32,000 bases of DNA from Pseudomonas aeruginosa. Its GTDB lineage: Bacteria; Pseudomonadota; Gammaproteobacteria; Pseudomonadales; Pseudomonadaceae. Each line of letters starts with the position of its first letter. Position 1 is the stretch's first letter. The notes beneath the pieces were generated by a model, which worked only from the letters and a program-made list of their open reading frames with translations, made no database searches and was not told the DNA's origin. Shown here piece after piece: positions 23,485-32,000 of this stretch. Location of the stretch: positions 4,980,001 through 5,012,000 of the forward strand of contig NZ_LN831024.1 in NCBI RefSeq assembly GCF_001457615.1, given 5' to 3'. The position numbers were made by a program, and so were the translations under genes.

Positions 23485-24621
23485 TCACAGGGCCCGCGCG
23501 ATGATCTCCTTCATGATCTCGTTGGTACCGGCGTAGATCCGCTGCACCCGGGCATCGGCCCAGGCCCGCGCCACCGGATATTCCCACATGAAGCCGTAGC
23601 CGCCGTGCAACTGCACGCATTCGTCGAGCACCTTGCATTGCAGGTCCGTCGTCCAGTACTTGCACATGGCGGCGGTGGGTACGTCCAGCTTGCCCTGGAG
23701 ATGCTGCTCCATACATCGATCGACGAAGACCCGGCCGACCTGGATCTCGGTAGCCATCTCGGCAAGCTTGAAGCGGGTATTCTGGAAGTCCGCCACCGAC
23801 TTGCCGAACGCCTTGCGCTCGCGAGTGTAGTCGAGCGTCCATTGCAGGGCCGCCTCGGCCGACGCCAGCGCGCCGATACCGACGGTCAGGCGCTCCTGCG
23901 GCAGCTCCTGCATCAGGTAGATGAATCCCTGGCCGTCCTTGCCGAGCAGGTTCTCCCGGGGAATCCGCACATCCTGGAAGAACAGCTCGGAGGTGTCCTG
24001 GGCCTTCATCCCGACCTTCTCCAGGCGCTTGCCCTTGCTGAAGCCCGGCGTACCCGCCTCGACCACGAACAGGCTTATGCCCTTGGCGCCAGCCTTCGGA
24101 TCGGTCTTCGCCACCACGATCACCAGGTCGGCGAGGAAGCCGTTGGTGATGAAGGTCTTCGAGCCATTGATGACGTACTCGTCGCCATCCAGTACCGCAG
24201 TGGTCTTCACCCCTTGCAGGTCGGAACCGGCCCCCGGCTCGGTCATGGCGATGGCCGCGACCATCTCGCCGGATACCAGCTTCGGCAGGTACTTGCGCTT
24301 CAGCGCCTCGCTGCCGTAGTGGAGGATGTAGGGTGCAGCGATGTCCGAATGCAGGGAGAAACCGATCCCGGTCAGGCCGGCCCGACCGATCTCTTCGATG
24401 ACCACGGCGCTGTAGAGGAAGTCCGCGCCCATCCCGCCATACTCTTCCGGCAGGTGCGAACAGAGCATTCCGGCCTCGCCGGCCTTGTTCCAGAGCGCGC
24501 GGTCGACATGCCCATCCTTTTCCCATTGGTGATGGAAAGGCACGGCTTCCTGTTCGAGGAACTTGCGCACGCTGTCGCGAAACAGTTCGTGGTCGGAGCT
24601 GAACAGGGTTCTCGGTATCAT
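23485..24621 (-). CDS. Acyl-CoA dehydrogenase (378 aa)
   Basis: MIPRTLFSSDHELFRDSVRKFLEQEAVPFHHQWEKDGHVDRALWNKAGEAG...AMTEPGAGSDLQGVKTTA...QLHGGYGFMWEYPVARAWADARVQRIYAGTNEIMKEIIARAL. ATG at 24621 rather than the track's 24705. Confidence 0.94.
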   Translation of the reverse strand: MIPRTLFSSDHELFRDSVRKFLEQEAVPFHHQWEKDGHVDRALWNKAGEAGMLCSHLPEEYGGMGADFLYSAVVIEEIGRAGLTGIGFSLHSDIAAPYILHYGSEALKRKYLPKLVSGEMVAAIAMTEPGAGSDLQGVKTTAVLDGDEYVINGSKTFITNGFLADLVIVVAKTDPKAGAKGISLFVVEAGTPGFSKGKRLEKVGMKAQDTSELFFQDVRIPRENLLGKDGQGFIYLMQELPQERLTVGIGALASAEAALQWTLDYTRERKAFGKSVADFQNTRFKLAEMATEIQVGRVFVDRCMEQHLQGKLDVPTAAMCKYWTTDLQCKVLDECVQLHGGYGFMWEYPVARAWADARVQRIYAGTNEIMKEIIARAL

Positions 24622-24784
24622 CGTGGTCACCTGGAAACAGTCTGGGATCGGGTTGGCTGCACGCGGCAGGTCTTCGACTGTAGGGAAATGCCCCGACCGA
24701 CGCACTGGACAGTTGCGCCAAAAAATAAGACGATCCAGCCGCCTTTTGACCGCTTTCCCTTACTCACAACAACGATAAAAATCC

Positions 24785-25783
24785 ATGCGCGCTCAATCCG
24801 CTCCGGTGCTGAAACATGTCGGCATCGTCGCCATCGACGGCGTCTTCGCCTCGACCCTGATGCAGGCCAAGGACTTCTTCCACATGGCCAGCCTGCGCCA
24901 CGGCAAGCAGCAGGGCCTCGGTCTCCAGCCGGCCTTCCGCACCCGCATCCTCAGCCCCGACGGCCAGCCGGTACGCAGCTTCAGCGGCGACAGCATCGCC
25001 GTCGACGGTCCCCTCGCCGCCTGCGATATCGTGGTCCTGCCCGCCTTCTGGGGCGATTTCGACGCGCTCGAACGGCGCTATCCGCAAATCGTTCCCTGGT
25101 TGCGCCGCAGCCATGCCGAGGGAACCGCCCTCTGCGGCGAGGCGACCGGGGTCTTCTGGCTGGCCCAGGCAGGTCTACTGGATGGCAAGGAAGCGACCAC
25201 CTACTGGCGCTTCTATCGAGAATTCGCCGAACGCTTCCCGAACGTGCTGCTCAATCAGGAGAAGCACCTGACCGATGCCGACGACCTGTTCTGCGCCAGC
25301 GGCGTCACCTCCGCCTGCGACCTCTACATCTATCTGATCGAGCGTTTCTGCGGCGGATCGGTGGCCCAGGCGGTGGCCCGGGATACCCTCTACGAAGTAC
25401 AGCGCAGCTACACCCCAGGGCGCATCGGCTTCGGCGGACAGAAGCTGCACCATGACCCGACGATCCTGCAGATCCAGCAATGGCTGGAAGACCACTTCGC
25501 CGACAAGTTCCGTTTCGAGGACGTCGCCCGCGACCACGGCATGAGCATCCGCAACTTCATGCGGCGCTTCCAGGCCGCTACCGGCGACAAGCCGCTGCAC
25601 TATCTGCAGCGACTGCGGATCGAGACCGCCAAAGGCATGCTCTCGAGCACGCGCAAGAGCATCAAGACGATCAGCTACGAGGTCGGCTACGACGACGCCA
25701 GCTTCTTCGCCCGCCTGTTCCGCCAGCACACCGAACTCTCTCCCCACCATTACCGTCGCCAGTTCATGCAGAAGGAAAGCTGA
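24785..25783 (+). CDS. GlxA-type transcriptional regulator: DJ-1/PfpI-like domain plus C-terminal AraC HTH (332 aa)
   Basis: N-terminal KHVGIVAIDGVFASTLMQ.../VLPAFWGDF.../GTALCGEATGVFWLAQAGLLDGKEATTYW. C-terminal SIRNFMRRFQAATGDKPLHYLQRLRIETAKGMLSSTRKSIKTISYEVGYDDASFFARLFRQHTELSPHHYRRQF. Confidence 0.93.
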   Translation: MRAQSAPVLKHVGIVAIDGVFASTLMQAKDFFHMASLRHGKQQGLGLQPAFRTRILSPDGQPVRSFSGDSIAVDGPLAACDIVVLPAFWGDFDALERRYPQIVPWLRRSHAEGTALCGEATGVFWLAQAGLLDGKEATTYWRFYREFAERFPNVLLNQEKHLTDADDLFCASGVTSACDLYIYLIERFCGGSVAQAVARDTLYEVQRSYTPGRIGFGGQKLHHDPTILQIQQWLEDHFADKFRFEDVARDHGMSIRNFMRRFQAATGDKPLHYLQRLRIETAKGMLSSTRKSIKTISYEVGYDDASFFARLFRQHTELSPHHYRRQFMQKES

Positions 25784-25941
25784 GCCGGACATCGCCGGGC
25801 CTGCCCGAACGGCATCGGCGCCGGCGCTTTCCCTACAGAACCTAGGATAGGTAGCCAGGTCGGCCTTCGCGGGTTCTCATGAATCCGCAGGCCCGCCGCA
25901 GACGCGGGCGTTCCGAACAACGACAAGAACGGACCTTTGCC

Positions 25942-26904
25942 ATGCGCCTTTATCTGCTCGCCTTCCTGGCCCTCTTCGGTATGAATGCTATGGCCGCCGA
26001 CAACTGGAAAGCCTTCCCCTACGACCAGAGCGCCTATGACTATCCAGGCGACAAGTTGAAGGAAGCCTGGCCGCGCCTGACCCGCGGCTTCGGCGACTAT
26101 CCCTATCCGGACGCCGACTGGGTGGTGAACATGGCGACCGCCCATCCGGATGCCCTGGAAAAGACCGTGAAGGCCGGCACCGGCTTCACCGGCAAGCCGG
26201 AAGAGGCCACGCAATATGCGGCACGACTGCAGGATGTCTGGCGCCTGCTGTTCCGCGGCGACTACGCCAAGGCCAAGGAGCAGGGACTGGCCTTGGGAGT
26301 CGGCGGCCAGGTACCGGCGATGTTCGCCCAGGTGCTCTACGCCATGTTCCTGGCTCCCGACCAGGCGGAGAAACAGCGCCTGCTCGAAGAGGTCATCGAC
26401 TACACCGAACAGGCCGGCCCGCTGGTCAAGGCCGATATCGTCGCCCAGTTCGGCAGCGTCTACGCCAAGGCGCGCCTGGCCGAGGAGCTATCGGTACCGG
26501 TAGTGCTCAAGCGCGGCTATACCAGCGAAATACCCAAGGAACTGGACGCTCTCCTGGCCAGGCAACCCAACCAGCCGTTCGCCCTGGCGCTCTACGGCGG
26601 CTACGAGGCGGGAGTGATCCGCAAGGTCGGCAAGCTGGTCGGCAAGATGACCTACGGGGTCAGCGCCGACAAGATGGAGCAGTACTTCGCCCGCTCCTTC
26701 CGCCAGGCCAACGACCTGCCGATCGGCCACTACGAGTACGCCAACGCGCTCACCTACGTATACGGCGACGACGAGCGGGAGAAGGCCATCGCCCAACTGA
26801 AGCAGGCCGTGGCGATCAAGCCGATCAACGCCATGGAAGCCCTCGAAGTGGCCCATGCGAAGAAGCTCCTCGCCGGCTTCGAGCAGAACACCGCGCAGCG
26901 CTGA
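25942..26904 (+). CDS. Secreted/periplasmic hypothetical protein with TPR/Sel1-like C-terminal region (320 aa)
   Basis: Signal-peptide-like MRLYLLAFLALFGMNAMAADN; C-terminal YANALTYVYGDDEREKAIAQLKQAVAIKPINAMEALE resembles one TPR unit. Internal ATG at 25942 preferred over the track's 25879. Confidence 0.75.
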   Translation: MRLYLLAFLALFGMNAMAADNWKAFPYDQSAYDYPGDKLKEAWPRLTRGFGDYPYPDADWVVNMATAHPDALEKTVKAGTGFTGKPEEATQYAARLQDVWRLLFRGDYAKAKEQGLALGVGGQVPAMFAQVLYAMFLAPDQAEKQRLLEEVIDYTEQAGPLVKADIVAQFGSVYAKARLAEELSVPVVLKRGYTSEIPKELDALLARQPNQPFALALYGGYEAGVIRKVGKLVGKMTYGVSADKMEQYFARSFRQANDLPIGHYEYANALTYVYGDDEREKAIAQLKQAVAIKPINAMEALEVAHAKKLLAGFEQNTAQR

Positions 26905-26921
26905 AACGCCGCGCGCCCATG

Positions 26922-26952
26922 AAAAAAGGGGTGGCCATCGGCAACCCCTTTC
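26922..26952. terminator. Rho-independent terminator between convergent 25942..26904 gene and zapE
   Basis: AAAAAAGGGGTGGCCATCGGCAACCCCTTTCT: GGGGT/ACCCC stem with A-run and T-tract. Confidence 0.65.
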
Positions 26953-26968
26953 TCGTTTCCGCCCCGGA

Positions 26969-28063
26969 TCAGGGCCGGTGCGGACGCGTCAGGTATTCGT
27001 GGGACTGCATTTCCAGCAGACGACTGAGGGTGCGCTGGAATTCGAACTCCAGCCGGCCGCCGCTGTAGAGATCCTTTAGCTCGACCTCGGCGGAGATGAT
27101 CAGCTTGACGCTGCGGTCGTAGAACTCATCCACCAGGTTGATGAAACGCCGCGCCATGTCGTCCTTGGTGACGCCCATCTGCTCGACGTTGGAGATCAGC
27201 ACGGCGTGGAAAATCTTCGCCAGTTCGATGTAGTCGTTCTGGCTGCGCGGGCCGTCGCACAGCTCACGGAATTCGAACCAGGCCACGTCGTCGCAGGTCA
27301 GGCGCGCGCGGATCTCGCGGTTCTCGATCATCAGCGCCTCGTCGCGCTGGGCCTTGGCACAGTCCGGGGTCAGGGCCTTGAAGCTGCGCGCCATCTCCTC
27401 CTCGACCTGTTCGCTGAGCGGCCAGTGGAACAGCTCGGCCTGCTCCAGCGCGCGCAGGCGATAGTCGACGCCGCTATCGACGTTGACGATCTCGGTATGT
27501 TCCTTGAGCAGGGCGATCGCCGGCAGGAAACGGGCGCGTTGCAGGCCGTCCTTGTACAGGCCGTCCGGCACGATGTTGGAGGTCGCCACCAGGCTCACGC
27601 CGTTCTTGAACAGCTCTTCCAGCAGGGTGGCGAGGATCATCGCGTCGGTGATGTCGGAGACGAAGAACTCGTCGAAGCAGATCACCCGCGCCTCGTCGGC
27701 GAAGCGCTTGCCGATGATGGTCAGCGGGTTCTTCTCGCCCTTGAGGGTCTTCAGTTCTTCGTGCACCCGCTTCATGAAGCGGTGGAAGTGCGTGCGCACC
27801 TTCTGCTCGAACGGCAGCGACTCGAAGAAAGTGTCCACCAGGTAGGTCTTGCCACGGCCGACGCCGCCCCAGAAATACAGGCCCTTCACCGGCCCGCCGG
27901 ACTTCCTGCCGAGCAGCTTGCCGAACAGGCCGGGCTTGGCGTGGTCGGCGGCGACCAGGTCATCGTAGAGGCGTTGCAGATGCTTCACGGCATTCGCCTG
28001 TGCGGCATCGTGGAAGAAATCGGGGCGTTGGAGATCGGCCTGGTAGCGCTCGAGGGGCGTCAT
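26969..28063 (-). CDS. zapE: Cell division protein ZapE (AFG1-like P-loop ATPase, 364 aa)
   Basis: MTPLERYQADLQRPDFFHDAAQANAVKHLQRLYDDL...GLYFWGGVGRGKTYLVDTFFESLP...ICFDEFFVSDITDAMILATLLEELF...VDYRLRALEQAELFHWPL. Confidence 0.93.
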   Translation of the reverse strand: MTPLERYQADLQRPDFFHDAAQANAVKHLQRLYDDLVAADHAKPGLFGKLLGRKSGGPVKGLYFWGGVGRGKTYLVDTFFESLPFEQKVRTHFHRFMKRVHEELKTLKGEKNPLTIIGKRFADEARVICFDEFFVSDITDAMILATLLEELFKNGVSLVATSNIVPDGLYKDGLQRARFLPAIALLKEHTEIVNVDSGVDYRLRALEQAELFHWPLSEQVEEEMARSFKALTPDCAKAQRDEALMIENREIRARLTCDDVAWFEFRELCDGPRSQNDYIELAKIFHAVLISNVEQMGVTKDDMARRFINLVDEFYDRSVKLIISAEVELKDLYSGGRLEFEFQRTLSRLLEMQSHEYLTRPHRP

Positions 28064-28157
28064 GATCGGTAGCAATGCAACGAAAACGGGGCCGTCACTT
28101 TAGCGACGACCCCGTCTCTTGGCAATCGGCCATCCGTCGAGGATGTACCGGGGCTGC

Positions 28158-29504
28158 CTACTCCTGCGGTGCCAGCGCTTCGCGGGTGCGCTCGATGGCG
28201 GCGTCACGGGCGGCGGCGTCGGCGAAGGCCGGGCTCTGCGCCACCGCCTCGCCATCCAGCCACAGGCCAAAGGCATTGCCCTCGGCCCGCAGGTCGGCAG
28301 TCTCGCCAGCCAGCAGGCGCTTGCTCACCGCACCGGCGGCCTTGCCGTCGGCGAAGGCGCGGGACAGCAGTAGCTGTTCGCCGGCGGCGTCCAGCAGGCG
28401 GAAGCGGAAGCTGCCGTCGTCGTCGCGGAAGCTGACCAGGCGCGCAGCCTTGGCGGCCTTCTTCTTGCCGCTCTCGGCACTTTTCAGCGGCTCGCGCAGG
28501 GAGCGCAGGCCGACTGCCTCGCGCAACTCGGCGATGAATGGGGTGGCGATGCGGCGCGCCTTGGCGGCACCTGCGAGGAGAATGTCCTCGATATCGTCCG
28601 GCTTGGCGATCAGCGCCTGGTAACGCTCGCGAGCCTCGCCCAGTTCGTTGTCGAGCAACTGGAACAGGCGCTGCTTGGCTTCGCCCCAGGCCAGGCCTTC
28701 GAGCAGTTCCTGGCGGAACGCGGCGACCTGTTCGGCGCTGGCGAAGGCCGAGTAAAGAAGGAACAGGTGCGAACTGTCCGGGTCTTTCGGCTCGCCCGGC
28801 GCGCGCGAGTCGGTGACGATGCGTGCGATGGCGTCCTTGAGCTGCCTGGACGGGCTGAACAGCGGGATGGTGTTGTCGTAGCTCTTGGACATCTTGCGCC
28901 CGTCCAGGCCCGGCAGGGTGGCGACGTTTTCCTCGATCACCGCTTCGGGCAGGACGAAGAACTCGCGGCCGTTGCCGAACAGGTGGTTGAAACGCTGGCC
29001 GATGTCGCGGGCCATCTCCACGTGCTGCACCTGGTCGCGGCCGACCGGGATCTTGTGCGCGTTGAACATCAGGATGTCCGCGGCCATCAGCACCGGATAG
29101 CTGTAGAGGCCCATGGTCACGCCGGCGTCCGGGTCTTCGCCAGCCTCGACATTGCGGTCCACCGCGGCCTTGTAGGCATGCGCGCGGTTGAGCAGCCCCT
29201 TGGCACTGACGCAGGTGAGCAACCAGGTCAGCTCGGGAATCTCGGGGATGTCCGACTGCCGGTAGAAGGTCGCACGCTCGACGTCCAGGCCGCCGGCCAG
29301 CCAGGTCGCGGCGATTTCCAGGCGCGAGCGCTGGATACGAGCGGGATCGTCGCACTTGATCAAGGCGTGGTAGTCCGCCAGGAAGTAGAACGAATCCACG
29401 TCGCTCCGACGGCTGGCGAGGATCGCCGGGCGGATGGCGCCGGCGTAGTTGCCCAGGTGCGGAGTGCCGGTAGGAGTGATGCCGGTCAGGATACGAGTAG
29501 TCAT
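28158..29504 (-). CDS. trpS: Tryptophanyl-tRNA synthetase (448 aa, C-terminally extended form)
   Basis: [24 protein letters not shown] (HIGH-like TPHLGN) and [15 protein letters not shown] (KMSKS). Carries about 110 extra C-terminal residues after the catalytic/anticodon core. Confidence 0.96.
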   Translation of the reverse strand: MTTRILTGITPTGTPHLGNYAGAIRPAILASRRSDVDSFYFLADYHALIKCDDPARIQRSRLEIAATWLAGGLDVERATFYRQSDIPEIPELTWLLTCVSAKGLLNRAHAYKAAVDRNVEAGEDPDAGVTMGLYSYPVLMAADILMFNAHKIPVGRDQVQHVEMARDIGQRFNHLFGNGREFFVLPEAVIEENVATLPGLDGRKMSKSYDNTIPLFSPSRQLKDAIARIVTDSRAPGEPKDPDSSHLFLLYSAFASAEQVAAFRQELLEGLAWGEAKQRLFQLLDNELGEARERYQALIAKPDDIEDILLAGAAKARRIATPFIAELREAVGLRSLREPLKSAESGKKKAAKAARLVSFRDDDGSFRFRLLDAAGEQLLLSRAFADGKAAGAVSKRLLAGETADLRAEGNAFGLWLDGEAVAQSPAFADAAARDAAIERTREALAPQE

Positions 29505-29571
29505 GCGATACCAGATGTCAGGCAAAGAAAAGAATGGCGCGCCGGATGGTAGCAGGGCCGGCGCGACGACG

Positions 29572-30201
29572 TCAGTCCTGCAGGCGTGGCAGCAACAGGT
29601 CCTTCAGATCGATCAGCTTGCCATGGAAGAAATGTCCGCTTTCTGCCACCCGCAACAGCTCGTGCGGTCGTGCCAGGGACTCGCTCCAGGCATATACCGC
29701 GGCCGGCGTGACCACGTCGTCGTCCTCCGGCTGCACCACGGTCAGCGGGCAACGCGCAGGCAGGCTGACCGCGAAGCGTTCCACCGGCGGCGCGATCATG
29801 AACAGCCGCGCCAGCCCGACGCCCTGCGCTTCCAGGCGACCCGCCAGATTGCCGGCGACGCAGGAGCCGAAGGAAAAGCCCATCAGTGTCAGCGGCAGCC
29901 CCGGATGGCGTGCCAGCAACCAGCGCGCGGCGGCCTCGGCGTCGTCGATCTCGCCGATCCCCTCGCCATAGCTGCCAGCGCTCTGGCCAACGCCACGGAA
30001 GTTGAAACGCAGGGTCGCCAGGCCGGCATCGCGGGCGCTGCGTTGCAGAGTGGCGACCACCTTGTTCTGCATGGTGCCGGCGAACAGCGGGTGCGGATGG
30101 CAGACCAGGGCGATGCCGCGGGCATCGGGCAGATCGAGGTGCAGGGCTTCCAGCGGCCCGCAGGGGCCATCGATGGATACAGGGATTTCGCGGGTAGACA
30201 A
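29572..30201 (-). CDS. Alpha/beta hydrolase (209 aa)
   Basis: ...[67 protein letters not shown]...[17 protein letters not shown]: GFSFGS nucleophile elbow. Confidence 0.9.
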   Translation of the reverse strand: MSTREIPVSIDGPCGPLEALHLDLPDARGIALVCHPHPLFAGTMQNKVVATLQRSARDAGLATLRFNFRGVGQSAGSYGEGIGEIDDAEAAARWLLARHPGLPLTLMGFSFGSCVAGNLAGRLEAQGVGLARLFMIAPPVERFAVSLPARCPLTVVQPEDDDVVTPAAVYAWSESLARPHELLRVAESGHFFHGKLIDLKDLLLPRLQD

Positions 30202-30345
30202 ACAGGAACTCCGTGACCCCGGCTCGGGTCGACTCGTCTAGCAGATTACTCCAAGCGACACAGGCACTTACTCGCGTGCCGTGGTATACAGCTCGGACTC
30301 AAGCCGTTAACGTAAAGCAAAGCCGCCTATAGAGGAAGGATTCGC

Positions 30346-30792
30346 GTGGAACAGTCGCTCACCGCCTGGCTGCTGCCGGCCCTCGCCCTGGTCGCCGGGG
30401 TCGCCATCGGTTTTCTGATCGCCCGCCTGCTGCCCAACGCCGCGCCGAACAAGGTGCAACGCCAGATGGACGACCTGCAGGACCGCTTCGACAGCTATCA
30501 GCGCGAAGTCGTGACCCATTTCAACACCACCGCCAGCCTCGTGAAGAAGCTGACCCAGAGCTACCAGGACGTGCAGGAGCACCTCTCCGACGGCGCCCAG
30601 CGCCTGGCCCTGGACGAACAGACCCGCCAGCGCCTGCTGGCTGCGCTGCATGCCGACGAGGCCTATCCGGCCGAGCGCCGCGAGCGCCTGACTCCGCCGG
30701 CCTCCGGCGAAGTGCCGAAGGACTATGCGCCGAAAAGCCCGGACAGCCCCGGCACCCTCGACGCCACCTACGGCCTGAAAGGCAAGTACTGA
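30346..30792 (+). CDS. YhcB/ZapG-like DUF1043 inner-membrane protein (148 aa, GTG start)
   Basis: MEQSLTAWLLPALALVAGVAIGFLIARLLPNAAPNKVQRQMDDLQDRFDSYQREVVTHFNTTASLVKKLTQSYQDVQEHLSDGAQRL. AGGAAGG RBS-like sequence 5' of GTG. Confidence 0.88.
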   Translation: MEQSLTAWLLPALALVAGVAIGFLIARLLPNAAPNKVQRQMDDLQDRFDSYQREVVTHFNTTASLVKKLTQSYQDVQEHLSDGAQRLALDEQTRQRLLAALHADEAYPAERRERLTPPASGEVPKDYAPKSPDSPGTLDATYGLKGKY

Positions 30793-30816
30793 CGCGCTGC
30801 GCGAACCTGCCGACGC

Positions 30817-30854
30817 CCATGAAAAAGCCCCGCATCCGCGGGGCTTTTTCATGG
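30817..30854. terminator. Bidirectional Rho-independent terminator between zapG-like gene and cysNC
   Basis: CCATGAAAAAGCCCCGC-ATCC-GCGGGGCTTTTTCATGG: perfect 17-bp stem, 4-nt loop, containing the GC core with A5 and T5. Confidence 0.93.
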
Positions 30855-30865
30855 CTGCGAGACGA

Positions 30866-32000
30866 TCAGATCGCCTGGCGCTCGCGCAACAGGTCGAGCA
30901 CCTGCTTCACGCCGTCCTCGACGCTCAGCGCCTGGGTATCGATCACCAGGTCGGCATCCAGCGGCACGTCGTAGGGGAAGGACTCGCCGGGGATATTGTC
31001 CTCGCCCGCCGCATACAGCCCCTGTGGATCGCGTTCGCGGCAAACCTGCGGCGACGCCTGCACATAGACGGTGATCAGGCGCTCGGCGCCGATCAGCGCC
31101 CTGGCCTGCTCGCGCCCTTCCGCGCTCGGCGCGACGAAGGCGCAGAGGCTGATCAACCCGGCCTCGTTGAACTGCTTGGCGACATGGGCGGTGCGCAGCC
31201 AGTTCTCGGTGCGTCCGGCGCGGTCCTGCGGCAACCCCTTGTTCAGGTCGTGGCGCAGGTTCTGCCCGTCCAGCACGTAGACCGCGCGGCCCATATCGAA
31301 CAGCTTGCGCTCCACGGCGTAGGCCAGGGTGCTCTTGCCGGCGCCGGAGAGGCCGCTGAACAGTACGGTCGCCGGCTGCTGGCCGAAGCGGCCGGCACGC
31401 TCCTCGCGCGTCACATGGGCATTCGAACCGTGATGAGCGCTGCTGCCATGGGCCGCCGACGGAGCGGAGATGATCATGCCGGCGCCAACGGTGCCGTTGG
31501 TCAGGCGATCGATGACGATGAAGGCGCCGGTGGTGCGGTTCTGCTCATAGCCATCGAGCGCGATGGGCGCGTCCAGGCTGACCTTGACCCTGGCGATCTC
31601 GTTCAGCTTCAGCTCGCTGCCCGGGGTCCGCTCCAGGGTATTCACGTCCACCTTGTGGACGATGCTCGGAATCGAACCCGGCACATAGCTGGTAGCGCGC
31701 TTGATATCGTACTTCTTGCCCGGAAGCATCGGCTCCTCGGCCATCCACACCAGCATGGCATCGAAGCCGTCGGTGACCAGCGGGCGATTGTCGGCATGCA
31801 CCAGCATGTCGCCGCGGGAAACGTCGATCTCGTCTTCCAGGGTCAGGGTGACGGCCTGGCCGGGACCGGCCTGCTCCAGTTCGCCCTCGAAGGTGACGAT
31901 GGATTTCACCTTGCTGCCCTTGCCCGACGGCAATGCCACCACTTCGTCGCCCTTGCGCACCACGCCGCTGGCCAGGGTGCCGGCGAAACCGCGGAAGTTC
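30866..32000 (-). CDS. cysNC: Bifunctional sulfate adenylyltransferase subunit 1 / adenylylsulfate kinase (CysNC), 5' end beyond window
   Basis: CysN C-terminal part (...[32 protein letters not shown]...) continues through linker [18 protein letters not shown] into the APS kinase domain ([28 protein letters not shown]...[14 protein letters not shown]). The frame stays open to base 32000 ([13 protein letters not shown]). Confidence 0.95.
   Translation of the reverse strand, partial: NFRGFAGTLASGVVRKGDEVVALPSGKGSKVKSIVTFEGELEQAGPGQAVTLTLEDEIDVSRGDMLVHADNRPLVTDGFDAMLVWMAEEPMLPGKKYDIKRATSYVPGSIPSIVHKVDVNTLERTPGSELKLNEIARVKVSLDAPIALDGYEQNRTTGAFIVIDRLTNGTVGAGMIISAPSAAHGSSAHHGSNAHVTREERAGRFGQQPATVLFSGLSGAGKSTLAYAVERKLFDMGRAVYVLDGQNLRHDLNKGLPQDRAGRTENWLRTAHVAKQFNEAGLISLCAFVAPSAEGREQARALIGAERLITVYVQASPQVCRERDPQGLYAAGEDNIPGESFPYDVPLDADLVIDTQALSVEDGVKQVLDLLRERQAI

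Noticed and set aside
22269-23504. 411-aa + strand ORF overlapping the Tas-like gene
   Set aside because: Alternate-frame translation of 22363..23400, arginine/proline-rich, no domain.
23276-25455. ORFs 23276..24721 (-) and 23470..25455 (+)
   Set aside because: Overlap the clear acyl-CoA dehydrogenase and regulator genes in other frames or strands; no recognisable protein content.
28086-28115. Imperfect hairpin ACGGGGCCGTC...GACGACCCCGT between trpS and zapE
   Set aside because: Bulged stem without a T-run; not strong enough to call a terminator.

Overview
The window matches a Pseudomonas aeruginosa-type chromosome segment, judged from recalled protein families and gene order rather than a database search. 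It is mostly conserved core genome. On the minus strand, read in transcription order from about 12.3 kb down to 1, lies the division/cell-wall (dcw) cluster: mraZ, rsmH, ftsL, ftsI, murE, murF, mraY, murD, ftsW, murG and a 3'-truncated murC. The genes are tightly packed or overlapping. mraZ is preceded by a good sigma70 promoter and three 10-bp-phased AAGTGG(G) repeats, as expected for a MraZ operator. Next come rnpB (minus), rsmI (minus) and the divergent lpoA-yraN-diaA/gmhA-dolP-like block. They are followed by sspA/sspB, the cytochrome bc1 operon (petA, cytochrome b, cytochrome c1), rpsI/rplM, a Tas-like aldo/keto reductase, an acyl-CoA dehydrogenase, a GlxA/AraC-type regulator, a secreted repeat-like hypothetical protein, zapE, trpS, an alpha/beta hydrolase, a YhcB/ZapG-like DUF1043 protein, and a cysNC fusion truncated at its 5' end. 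The most notable anomaly is a single-nucleotide frameshift in rsmH: the N-terminal 48 or so codons are in a different frame from the rest, at a C4 tract near 11600-11603 where five Cs would restore one 313-aa ORF. I found no CRISPR, mobile element, prophage or evident novel system. The long opposite-strand ORFs in the track look like GC-rich shadow ORFs.
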